Assembly (NCBI RefSeq): GCF_963921235.1
Contig: NC_086101.1
Location: forward strand, 1,860,001-1,924,000
Source of the DNA: Mobula hypostoma
Lineage: Eukaryota
DNA: 64,000 bases
Reading direction: 5' to 3'
The stretch's first letter is position 1. Each line of letters begins with the position of its first letter. The notes below the pieces were generated by a model. It saw nothing but the letters and a program-made list of their open reading frames with translations. It ran no database searches and was not told the DNA's origin. Shown in pieces: positions 47,557-59,600 of the stretch. The position numbers and the translations under genes are program-made.

Positions 47557-47616
47557 CTGAACACAGAGGAAACTGACAACCAGCCCACCACTCCAGAACA
47601 ACGAGCACTGAGCAGC
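47557..47616 (-). other. Candidate 60-nt upstream exon of the nSMase-like gene
   Basis: Acceptor CCCGCCTCGTCCTTCAG and donor CAG|GTAGTT; could join the CTGACCTACCTGCAG acceptor at 40362. Confidence 0.3.
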
Positions 47617-47630
47617 CTGAAGGACGAGGC

Positions 47631-50600
47631 GGGGACGGGGGGTGAGGGAAGGTGTACAGTGTGTGGGGACGGGGGGTGAGGGAAGGTGTACAGTGTGTGG
47701 GGGGGTGAGGGAAGGTGTACAGTGTGTGGGGGGTGAGGGAAGGTGTACAGTGTGTGGGGACAGGGGGGTGAGGGAAGGTGTACAGTGTGTGGGGACGGGG
47801 GGGTGAGGGAAGGTGTACAGTGTGTGGGGACGGGGGGGTGAGGGAAGGTGTACAGTGTCTGGGGACGGGGGGTGAGGGAAGGTGTACAGTGTGTGGGGGG
47901 TGAGGGAAGGTGTACAGTGTGTGGGGGGGTGAGGGAAGGTGTACAGTGTGTGGGGACGGGGGGTGAGGGAAGGTGTACAGTGTGTGGGGACAGTGGGGTG
48001 AGGGAAGGTGTACAGTGTGTGGGGGGGTGAGGGAAGGTGTACAGTGTGTGGGGACGGGGGGGTGAGGGAAGGTGTACAGTGTGTGGGGACGGGGGGGTGA
48101 GGGAAGGTGTACAGTGTGTGGGGACGGGGGGTGAGGGAAGGTGTACAGTGTGTGGGGGGGAGAGGGAAGGTGTACAGTGTGTGGGAACGGGGGGTGAGGG
48201 AAGGTGTACAGTGTGTGGGGATGGGGGAGAGTGAAGGTGTACAGTGTGTGCGGGGGTGAGGGAAGGTGTACAGTGTGTGGGGGGGTGAGGGAAGGTGTAC
48301 AGTGTGTGGGGACGGGGGGGTGAGGGAAGGTGTACAGTGTGTGGGGGGTGAGGGATGGTGTACAGTGTGTCGGGGGTGAGGGAAGCTGTACAGTGTGTGG
48401 GGGGTGAGGGAAGGTGTACAGTGTGTGGGGACGGGGGGGTGAGGGAAGGTGTACAGTGTGTGGGGACGGGGGGGTGAGGGAAGGTGTACAGTGTGTGGGG
48501 ACGGGGGGGTGAGGGAAAGTGTACAGTGTGTGGGGACGGGGGGGTGAGGGAAGGTGTACAGTGTGTGGGGACGGGGGGTGAGGGAAGGTGTACAGTGTGT
48601 GGGGGGGAGAGGGAAGGTGTACAGTGTGTGGGGAGGTGAGGGAAGGTGTACAGTGTGTGGGGACGGGGGGTGAGGGAAGGTGTACAGTGTGTGGGGACGG
48701 GGGGGTGAGGGAAGGTGTACAGTGTGTGGGGACGGGGGGGTGAGGGAAGGTGTACAGTGTGGGGACGGGGGGGTGAGGGAAGGTGACAGTGTGTGGGGAC
48801 GGGGGGTGAGGGAAGGTGTACAGTGTGTGGGGACGGGGGGGTGAGGGAAGGTGTACAGTGTGTGGGGACGGGGGGGTGAGGGAAGGTGTACAGTGTGTGG
48901 GGACGGGGGATGAGGGAAGGTGTACAGTGTGTGGGGGGGTGAGGGAAGGTGTACAGTGTGTGGGGGGGTGAGGGAAGGTGTACAGTGTGTGGGGACGGGG
49001 GGGTGAGGGAAGGTGTACAGTGTGTGGGGACGGGGGGGTGAGGGAAGGTGTACAGTGTGTGGGGACGGGGGGGTGAGGGAAGGTGTACAGTGTGTGGGGA
49101 CGGGGGGGTGAGGGAAGGTGTACAGTGTGTGGGGACGGGGGGGTGAGGGAAGGTGTACAGTGTGTGGGGACGGGGGGGTGAGGGAAGGTGTACAGTGTGT
49201 GGGGACGGGGGGTGAGGGAAGGTGTACAGTGTGTGGGGACGGGGGGGTGAGGTAAGGTGTACAGTGTGTGGCGGGGTGAGGGAAGGTGTACAGTGTGTGG
49301 GGACGGGGGGGTGAGGGAAGGTGTACAGTGTGTGGGGACGGGGGGTGAGGGAAGGTGTACAGTGTGTGGGGACGGGGGGTGAGGGAAGGTGTACAGTGTG
49401 TGGGGACGGGGGGGTGAGGGAAGGTGTACAGTGTGTGGGGACGGGGGGGTGAGGGAAGGTGTACAGTGTGTGGGGGGTGAGGGAAGGTGTACAGTGTGTC
49501 GGGGGTGAGGGAAGCTGTACAGTGTGTGGGGGGTGAGGGAAGGTGTACAGTGTGTGGGGACGGGGGGGTGAGGGAAGGTGTACAGTGTGTGGGGACGGGG
49601 GGGTGAGGGAAGGTGTACAGTGTGTGGGGGGGTGAGGGAAGGTGTACAGTGTGTGGGGGGGTGAGGGAAGGTGTACAGTGTGTGGGGACGGGGGGTGAGG
49701 GAAGGTGTACAGTGTGTGGGGACGGGGGGTGAGTGAAGGTGTACAGTGTGTGGGGACGGGGGGGTGAGAGAAGGTGTACAGTGTGTGGGGGGGGTGAGGG
49801 AAGGTGTACAGTGTGTGGGGATGGGGGGAGAGTGAAGGTGTACAGTGTGTGCGGGGGTGAGGGAAGGTGTACAGTGTGTCGGGGGTGAGGGAAGCTGTAC
49901 AGTGTGTGGGGGGTGAGGGAAGGTGTACAGTGTGTGGGGACGGGGGGTGAGGGAAGGTGTACAGTGTGTGGGGACGGGGGGGTGAGGGAAGGTGTACAGT
50001 GTGTGGGGGGGTGAGGGAAGGTGTACAGTGTGTGGGGACGGGGGGAGAGGGAAGGTGTACAGTGTGTGGGGACGGGGGGGTGAGGGAAGGTGTACAGTGT
50101 GTGGGGACGGGGGGGTGAGTGAAGGTGTACAGTGTGTGGCGGGGAGAGGGATGGTGTACAGTGTGTGGGGACAGGGGGGTGAGGGAAGGTGTACAGTGTG
50201 TGGGGGGTGAGGGAAGGTGTACAGTGTGTCGGGGGTGAGGGAAGGTGTACAGTGTGTGGGGACGGGGGTGAGGGAAGGTGTACAGTGTGTGGGGACGGGG
50301 GGGTGAGGGAAGGTGTACAGTGTGTGGGGACGGGGGGGTGAGGGAAGGTGTACAGTGTGTGGGGGGGAGAGGGATGGTGTACAGTGTGTGGGGACGGGGG
50401 GGTGAGGGAAGGTGTACAGTGTGTGGGGGGTGAGGGAAGGTGTACAGTGTGTGGGGACGGCGGGGGGTGAGGGAAGGTGTACAGTGTGTGGGGGGTGTGA
50501 GGGAAGGTGTACAGTGTGTGGGGACGGGGGGTGAGGGAAGGTGTACAGTGTGTGGGGGGTGAGGGAAGGTGTACAGTGTGTGGGGAGGGGGGTGAGGGAA

Positions 50601-53600
50601 GGTGTACAGTGTGTGGGGGGGTGAGGGAAGGTGTACAGTGTGTGGGGGGTGAGGGAAGGTGTACAGTGTGTGGGGACGGGGGGGTGAGGGAAGGTGAGGT
50701 GTACAGTGTGTGGGGACGGGGGGGTGAGGGAAGGTGTACAGTGTGTGGGGAGGTGTACAGTGGTGGGGGGGTGAGGGAAGGTGTACAGTGTGTGGGGACA
50801 GGGGGGAGTGAGGGAAGGTGTACAGTGTGTGGGGGGGGGGGGATGTGTGGGGGGAGGGAAGGTGTACAGTGTGTGGGGACGGGGGGGTGAGGGAAGGTGT
50901 ACAGTGTGTGGGGGGGGTGAGGGAAGGTGTACAGTGTGTGGGGGGTGAGGGAAGGTGTACAGTGTGTGGGACGGGGGGTGAGGGAAGGTGTACAGTGTGT
51001 GGGGACGGGGGGGTGAGGGAAGGTGTACAGTGTGTCGGGGGTGAGGGAAGCTGTACAGTGTGTGGGGGGTGAGGGAAGGTGTACAGTGTGTGGGGACGGG
51101 GGGTGAGGGAAGGTGTACAGTGTGTGGGGACGGGGGGGTGAGGGAAGGTGTACAGTGTGTGGGGGGGTGAGGGAAGGTGTACAGTGTGTGGGGGGGTGAG
51201 GGAAGGTGTACAGTGTGTGGGGACGGGGGGTGAGGGAAGGTGTACAGTGTGTGGGGACGGGGGGGTGAGGGAAGGTGTACAGTGTGTGGGGACGGGGGGG
51301 TGAGGGAAGGTGTACAGTGTGTGGGGACGGGGGGGTGAGGGAAGGTGTACAGTGTGTGGGGACGGGGGGGTGAGGGAAGGTGTACAGTGTGTGGGGGGGT
51401 GAGGGAAGGTGTACAGTGTGTGGGGGGTGAGGGAAGGTGTACAGTGTGTGGGGACGGGGGGGTGAGGGAAGGTGTACAGTGTGTGGGGACGGGGGGGGAG
51501 GGAAGGTGTACAGTGTGTGGGGACGGGGGGTGAGGGAAGGTGTACAGTGTGTGTGGGGGGTGAGGGAAGGTGTACAGTGTGTGGGGACGGGGGGTGAGGG
51601 AAGGTGTACAGTGTGTGGGGACGGGGGGTGAGGGAAGGTGTACAGTGTGTGGGGGGGGGGGTGAGGGAAGGTGTACAGTGTGTGGGGGGTGAGGGAAGGT
51701 GTACAGTGTGTGGGGGGTGAGGGAAGGTGTACAGTGTGTGGGGGGTGAGGGAAGGTGTACAGTGTGTGGGGACGGGGGGTGAGGGAAGGTGTACAGTGTG
51801 TGGGGGGGGGTGAGGGAAGGTGTACAGTGTGTGGGGACGGGGGGTGAGGGAAGGTGTACAGTGTGTGGGGACGGGGGGTGAGGGAAGGTGTACAGTGTGT
51901 GGGGACGGGGGGTGAGGGAAGGTGTACAGTGTGTGGGGACGGGGGGTGAGGGAAGGTGTACAGTGTGTGGGGACGGGGGGGTGAGGGAAGGTGTACAGTG
52001 TGTGGGGACGGGGGGGTGAGGGAAGGTGTACAGTGTGTGGGGACGGGGGGGTGAGGGAAGGTGTACAGTGTGTGGGGGGGTGAGGGAAGGTGTACAGTGT
52101 GTGGGGACGGGGGGTGAGGGAAGGTGTACAGTGTGTGGGGGGTGAGGGAAGGTGTACAGTGTGTGGGGACGGGGGGTGAGGGAAGGTGTACAGTGTGTGG
52201 GGGGGGGGTGAGGGAAGGTGTACAGTGTGTGGGGACGGGGGGGTGAGGGAAGGTGTACAGTGTGTGGGGACGGGGGGGTGAGGGAAGGTGTACAGTGTGT
52301 GGGGACGGGGGGTGAGGGAAGGTGTACAGTGTGTGGGGGGTGAGGGAAGGTGTACAGTGTGTGGGGACGGGGGGTGAGGGAAGGTGTACAGTGTGTGGGG
52401 ACGGGGGGTGAGGGAAGGTGTACAGTGTGGGGGGGTGAGGGAAGGTGTACAGTGTGTGTGGGACGGGGGGGTGAGGGAAGGTGTACAGTGTGTGGGGGGT
52501 GAGGGAAGGTGTACAGTGTGTGGGGACGGGGGGGTGAGGGAAGGTGTACAGTGTGTGGGGGGTGAGGGAAGGTGTACAGTGTGTGGGGGTGAGGGAAGGT
52601 GTACAGTGTGTGGGGACGGGGGGTGAGGGAAGGTGTACAGTGTGTGGGGACGGGGGGTGAGGGAAGGTGTACAGTGTGTGGGGGGGTGAGGGAAGGTGTA
52701 CAGTGTGTGGGGACGGGGGGTGAGGGAAGGTGTACAGTGTGTGGGGACGGGGGGTGAGGGAAGGTGTACAGTGTGTGGGGGGTGAGGGAAGGTGTACAGT
52801 GTGTGGGGACGGGGGGTGAGGGAAGGTGTACAGTGTGTGGGGACGGGGGGGTGAGGGAAGGTGTACAGTGTGTGGGGACGGGGGGTGAGGGAAGGTGTAC
52901 AGTGTGTGGGGGGGTGAGGGAAGGTGTACAGTGTGTGGGGACGGGGGGGTGAGGGAAGGTGTACAGTGTGTGGGGGGGTGAGGGAAGGTGTACAGTGTGT
53001 GGGGACGGGGGGTGAGGGAAGGTGTACAGTGTGTGTGGGGACGGGGGGTGAGGGAAGGTGTACAGTGTGTGGGGACGGGGGGTGAGGGAAGGTGTACAGT
53101 GTGTGGGGACGGGGGGGTGAGGGAAGGTGTACAGTGTGTGGGGACGGGGGGGTGAGGGAAGGTGTACAGTGTGTGGGGACGGGGGGTGAGGGAAGGTGTA
53201 CAGTGTGTGGGGGGTGAGGGAAGGTGTACAGTGTGTGGGGACGGGGGGGTGAGGGAAGGTGTACAGTGTGTGGGGGGGGGTGAGGGAAGGTGTACAGTGT
53301 GTGGGGACGGGGGGGTGAGGGAAGGTGTACAGTGTGTGGGGGGTGAGGGAAGGTGTACAGTGTGTGGGGACGGGGGGGTGAGGGAAGGTGTACAGTGTGT
53401 GGGGGGTGAGGGAAGGTGTACAGTGTGTGGGGACGGGGGGGTGAGGGAAGGTGTACAGTGTGTGGGGGGGGGGTGAGGGAAGGTGTACAGTGTGTGGGGA
53501 CGGGGGGTGAGGGAAGGTGTACAGTGTGTGGGGGGGTGAGGGAAGGTGTACAGTGTGTGGGGACGGGGGGTGAGGGAAGGTGTACAGTGTGTGGGGGGGG

Positions 53601-56600
53601 TGAGGGAAGGTGTACAGTGTGTGGGGACGGGGGGTGAGGGAAGGTGTACAGTGTGTGGGGGGGGGGTGAGGGAAGGTGTACAGTGTGTGGGGACGGGGGG
53701 TGAGGGAAGGTGTACAGTGTGTGGGGACGGGGGGGTGAGGGAAGGTGTACAGTGTGTGGGGGGGGGGTGAGGGAAGGTGTACAGTGTGTGGGGGGGGGGT
53801 GAGGGAAGGTGTACAGTGTGTGGGGACGGGGGGGTGAGGGAAGGTGTACAGTGTGTGGGGACGGGGGGTGAGGGAAGGTGTACAGTGTGTGGGGACGGGG
53901 GGTGAGGGAAGGTGTACAGTGTGTGGGGGGGGAGGGAAGGTGTACAGTGTGTGGGGGGGGGTGAGGGAAGGTGTACAGTGTGTGGGGACGGGGGGTGAGG
54001 GAAGGTGTACAGTGTGTGGGGACGGGGGGTGAGGGAAGGTGTACAGTGTGTGGGGGGGGGGTGAGGGAAGGTGTACAGTGTGTGGGGGGTGAGGGAAGGT
54101 GTACAGTGTGTGGGGACGGGGGGGTGAGGGAAGGTGTACAGTGTGTGTGAGGGAAGGTGTACAGTGTGTGGGGGGGTGAGGGAAGGTGTACAGTGTGTGG
54201 GGGGTGAGGGAAGGTGTACAGTGTGTGGGGACGGGGGGTGAGGGAAGGTGTACAGTGTGTGGGGGGTGAGGGAAGGTGTACAGTGTGTGGGGGGGGGTGA
54301 GGGAAGGTGTACAGTGTGTGGGGGGTGAGGGAAGGTGTACAGTGTGTGGGGGGGGTGAGGGAAGGTGTACAGTGTGTGGGGGGGTGAGGGAAGGTGTACA
54401 GTGTGTGGGGGGGGGGTGAGGGAAGGTGTACAGTGTGTGGGGGGGGGGTGAGGGAAGGTGTACAGTGTGTGGGGGGGGGTGAGGGAAGGTGTACAGTGTG
54501 TGGGGACGGGGGGGTGAGGGAAGGTGTACAGTGTGTGGGGACGGGGGGTGAGGGAAGGTGTACAGTGTGTGGGGACGGGGGGTGAGGGAAGGTGTACAGT
54601 GTGTGGGGACGGGGGGTGAGGGAAGGTGACAGTGTGTAGGGGGTGGGAAGGTGTACAGTGTGTGGGGGGGGGGTGAGGGAAGGTGTACAGTGTGTGGGGG
54701 GGTGAGGGAAGGTGTACAGTGTGTGGGGGGGGAGGGGAAGGTGTACAGTGTGTGGGGGGTGAGGGAAGGTGTACAGTGTGTGGGGACGGGGGGTGAGGGA
54801 AGGTGTACAGTGTGTGGGGGGGGGGTGAGGGAAGGTGTACAGTGTGTGGGGGGTGAGGGAAGGTGTACAGTGTGTGGGGACGGGGGGGTGAGGGAAGGTG
54901 TACAGTGTGTGGGGACGGGGGTGAGGGAGGTGGGGGTGAGGGAAGGTGTACAGTGTGTGGGGACGGGGGGTGAGGGAAGGTGTACAGTGTGTGGGGGGGT
55001 GAGGGAAGGTGTACAGTGTGTGGGGGGTGAGGGAAGGTGTACAGTGTGTGGGGACGGGGGGTGAGGGAAGGTGTACAGTGTGTGGGGAGGGGGGTGAGGG
55101 AAGGTGTACAGTGTGTGGGGACGGGGGGTGAGGGAAGGTGTACAGTGTGTGGGGGGGTGAGGGAAGGTGTACAGTGTGTGGGGACGGGGGGTGAGGGAAG
55201 GTGTACAGTGTGTGGGGACGGGGGGTGAGGGAAGGTGTACAGTGTGTGGGGTGGGGGGGTGAGGGAAGGTGTACAGTGTGTGGGGACGGGGGGGTGAGGG
55301 AAGGTGTACAGTGTGTGGGGACGGGGGGGTGAGGGAAGGTGTACAGTGTGTGGGGGGTGAGGGAAGGTGTACAGTGTGTGGGGACGGGGGGTGAGGGAAG
55401 GTGTACAGTGTGTGGGGACGGGGGGGTGAGGGAAGGTGTACAGTGTGTGGGGGGTGAGGGAAGGTGTACAGTGTGTGGGGACGGGGGGGTGAGGGAAGGT
55501 GTACAGTGTGTGGGGAAGGGGGGGAGAGGGAAGGTGTACAGTGTGTGGGGACGGGGGGTGAGGGAAGGTGTACAGTGTGTGGGGGGGTGAGGGAAGGTGT
55601 ACAGTGTGTGGGGACGGGGGGTGAGGGAAGGTGTACAGTGTGTGGGGGGGTGAGGGAAGGTGTACAGTGTGTGGGGACGGGGGGTGAGGGAAGGTGTACA
55701 GTGTGTGGGGGGGTGAGGGAAGGTGTACAGTGTGTGGGGGGGTGAGGGAAGGTGTACAGTGTGTGGGGGGGGGGTGAGGGAAGGTGTACAGTGTGTGGGG
55801 ACGGGGGGTGAGGGAAGGTGTACAGTGTGTGGGGGGGGGGTGAGGGAAGGTGTACAGTGTGTGGGGGGGGGTGAGGGAAGGTGTACAGTGTGTGGGGGGG
55901 TGAGGGAAGGTGTACAGTGTGTGGGGACGGGGGGTGAGGGAAGGTGTACAGTGTGTGGGGACGGGAGGGAAGGTGTACAGTGGGAAGGTGTACAGTGTGT
56001 GGGGGGGTGAGGGAAGGTGTACAGTGTGTGGGGACGGGGGGTGAGGGAAGGTGTACAGTGTGTGGGGGGGTGAGGGAAGGTGTACAGTGTGTGGGGGGGG
56101 GGTGAGGGAAGGTGTACAGTGTGTGGGGAGGGGGGGTGAGGGAAGGTGTACAGTGTGTGGGGACGGGGGGTGAGGGAAGGTGTACAGTGTGTGGGGACGG
56201 GGGGTGAGGGAAGGTGTACAGTGTGTGGGGACTGTGGGGGGGTGAGGGAAGGTGTACAGTGTGTGGGGGGGTGAGGGAAGGTGTACAGTGTGTGGGGACG
56301 GGGGGTGAGGGAAGGTGTACAGTGTGTGGGGACGGGGGGGTGAGGGAAGGTGTACAGTGTGTGGGGGGTGAGGGAAGGTGTACAGTGTGTGGGGACGGGG
56401 GGGTGAGGGAAGGTGTACAGTGTGTGGGGAGGGGGTGAGGGAAGGTGTACAGTGTGTGGGGGGGTGAGGGAAGGTGTACAGTGTGTGGGACGGGGGGGTG
56501 AGGGAAGGTGTACAGTGTGTGGGGGTGAGGGAAGGTGTACAGTGTGGGGGGGTGAGGGAAGGTGTACAGTGTGTGGGGACGGGGGGGTGAGGGAAGGTGT

Positions 56601-59600
56601 ACAGTGTGTGGGGACGGGGGGGTGAGGGAAGGTGTACAGTGTGTGGGGACGGGGGGTGAGGGAAGGTGTACAGTGTGTGGGGACGGGGGGGTGAGGGAAG
56701 GTGTACAGTGTGTGGGGACGGGGGGTGAGGGAAGGTGTACAGTGTGTGGGGAGGGGGGTGTGAGGGAAGGTGTACAGTGTGTGGGGACGGGGGGGTGAGG
56801 GAAGGTGTACAGTGTGTGGGGGGTGAGGGAAGGTGTACAGTGTGTGGGGACGGGGGGGTGAGGAAAGGTGTACAGTGTGTGGGGACGGTGGGGTGAGGGA
56901 AGGTGTACAGTGTGTGGGGGGTGAGGGAAGGTGTACAGTGTGTGGGGACGGGGGGGTGAGGGAAGGTGTACAGTGTGTGGGGGGGTGAGGGAAGGTGTAC
57001 AGTGTGTGGGGACGGGGGGTGAGGGAAGGTGTACAGTGTGTGGGGGGGTGAGGGAAGGTGTACAGTGTGTGGGGACGGGGGGGTGAGGGAAGGTGTACAG
57101 TGTGTGGGGACGGGGGGGTGAGGGAAGGTGTACAGTGTGTGGGGGGGTGAGGGAAGGTGTACAGTGTGTGGGGACGGGGGGGTGAGGGAAGGTGTACAGT
57201 GTGTGGGGACAGTGGGGTGAGGGAAGGTGTACAGTGTGTGGGGGGTGAGGGAAGGTGTACAGTGTGTGGGGACGGGGGGGTGAGGGAAGGTGTACAGTGT
57301 GTGGGGACGGGGGGTGAGGGAAGGTGTACAGTGTGTGGGGGGTGAGGGAAGGTGTACAGTGTGTGGGGACGGGGGGTGAGGGAAGGTGTACAGTGTGTGG
57401 GGACGGGGGGTGAGGGAAGGTGTACAGTGTGTGGGCAGGGGGGTGAGGGAAGGTGTACAGTGTGTGGGGACGGGGGGGTGAGGGAAGGTGTACAGTGTGT
57501 GGGGACGGGGGGTGAGGGAAGGTGTACAGTGTGTGGGGACGTGGGGGGTGAGGGAAGGTGTACAGTGTGTGGGGACGGGGGGTGAGGGAAGGTGTACAGT
57601 GTGTGGGGGGGGTGAGGGAAGGTGTACAGTGTGTGGGGACGGGGGGTGAGGGAAGGTGTACAGTGTGTGGGGGGGGGGAGGTGTACATGGTGGGGGGGGG
57701 GTGAGGGAAGGTGTACAGTGTGTGGGGGGGTGAGGGAAGGTGTACAGTGTGTGTGGGGGGTGAGGGAAGGTGTACAGTGTGTGGGGGGTGAGGGAAGGTG
57801 TACAGTGTGTGGGGACGGGGGGTGAGGGAAGGTGTACAGTGTGTGGGGACGGGGGGTGAGGGAAGGTGTACAGTGTGTGGGGACGGGGGGTGAGGGAAGG
57901 TGTACAGTGTGTGGGACGGGGGGTGAGGGAAGGTGTACAGTGTGTGGGGACGGGGGGGTGAGGGAAGGTGTACAGTGTGTGGGGACGGGGGGTGAGGGAG
58001 GGACAGTGTGTACAGGTGTGTGTGGGGACGGGGGGTGAGGGAAGGTGTACAGTGTGTGGGGGGGTGAGGGAAGGTGTACAGTGTGTGGGGACGGGGGGTG
58101 AGGGAAGGTGTACAGTGTGTGGGGGGTGAGGGAAGGTGTACAGTGTGTGGGGACGGGGGGTGAGGGAAGGTGTACAGTGTGTGGGGACGGGGGGGTGAGG
58201 GAAGGTGTACAGTGTGTGGGGACGGGGGGTGAGGGAAGGTGTACAGTGTGTGGGGGGGGTGAGGGAAGGTGTACAGTGTGTGGGGACGGGGGGGTGAGGG
58301 AAGGTGTACAGTGTGTGGGGGGGTGAGGGAAGGTGTACAGTGTGTGGGGACGGGGGGGTGAGGGAAGGTGTACAGTGTGTGGGGGGGTGAGGGAAGGTGT
58401 ACAGTGTGTGGGGGGGTGAGGGAAGGTGTACAGTGTGTGGGGACGGGGGGGTGAGGGAAGGTGTACAGTGTGTGGGGACGGGGGGGTGAGGGAAGGTGTA
58501 CAGTGTGTGGGGGGGTGAGGGAAGGTGTACAGTGTGTGGGGGGGGGGGTGAGGGAAGGTGTACAGTGTGTGGGGGGGGGTGAGGGAAGGTGTACAGTGTG
58601 TGGGGGGTGAGGGAGGTGTACAGTGTGTGGGGACGGGGGGTGAGGGAAGGTGTACAGTGTGTGGGGGGGGGGTGAGGGAAGGTGTACAGTGTGTGGGGAC
58701 GGGGGGGTGAGGGAAGGTGTACAGTGTGTGGGGACGGGGGGGTGAGGGAAGGTGTACAGTGTGTGGGGGGGTGAGGGAAGGTGTACAGTGTGTGGGTACG
58801 GGGGGGTGAGGGAAGGTGTACAGTGTGTGGGGACGGGGGGGTGAGGGAAGGTGTACAGTGTGTGTGGGGACGGGGGGTGAGGGAAGGTGTACAGTGTGTG
58901 GGGGGTGAGGGAAGGTGTACAGTGTGTGGGGGGGGGGGTGAGGGAAGGTGTACAGTGTGTGGGGACGGGGGGTGAGGGAAGGTGTACAGTGTGTGGGGAC
59001 GGGGGTGAGGGAAGGTGTACAGTGTGTGGGGGGTGAGGGAAGGTGTACAGTGTGTGGGGGGTGAGGGAAGGTGTACAGTGTGTGGGGACGGGGGGTGAGG
59101 GAAGGTGTACAGTGTGTGGGGGGGTGAGGGAAGGTGTACAGTGTGTGGGGACGGGGGGTGAGGGAAGGTGTACAGTGTGTGGGGGGGTGAGGGAAGGTGT
59201 ACAGTGTGTGGGGACGGGGGGTGAGGGAAGGTGTACAGTGTGTGGGGGGTGAGGGAAGGTGTCAGTGTGTGGGGACGGGGGGTGAGGGAAGGTGTACAGT
59301 GTGTGGGGGGGTGAGGGAAGGTGTACAGTGTGTGGGGACGGGGGGTGAGGGAAGGTGTACAGTGTGTGGGGACGGGGGGTGAGGGAAGGTGTACAGTGTG
59401 TGGGGACGGGGGGTGAGGGAAGGTGTACAGTGTGTGGGGACGGGGGGGTGAGGGAAGGTGTACAGTGTGTGGGGACGGGGGGTGAGGGAAGGTGTACAGT
59501 GTGTGGGGGGGGGGTGAGGGAAGGTGTACAGTGTGTGGGGGGGTGAGGGAAGGTGTACAGTGTGTGGGGACGGGGGGTGAGGGAAGGTGTACAGTGTGTG

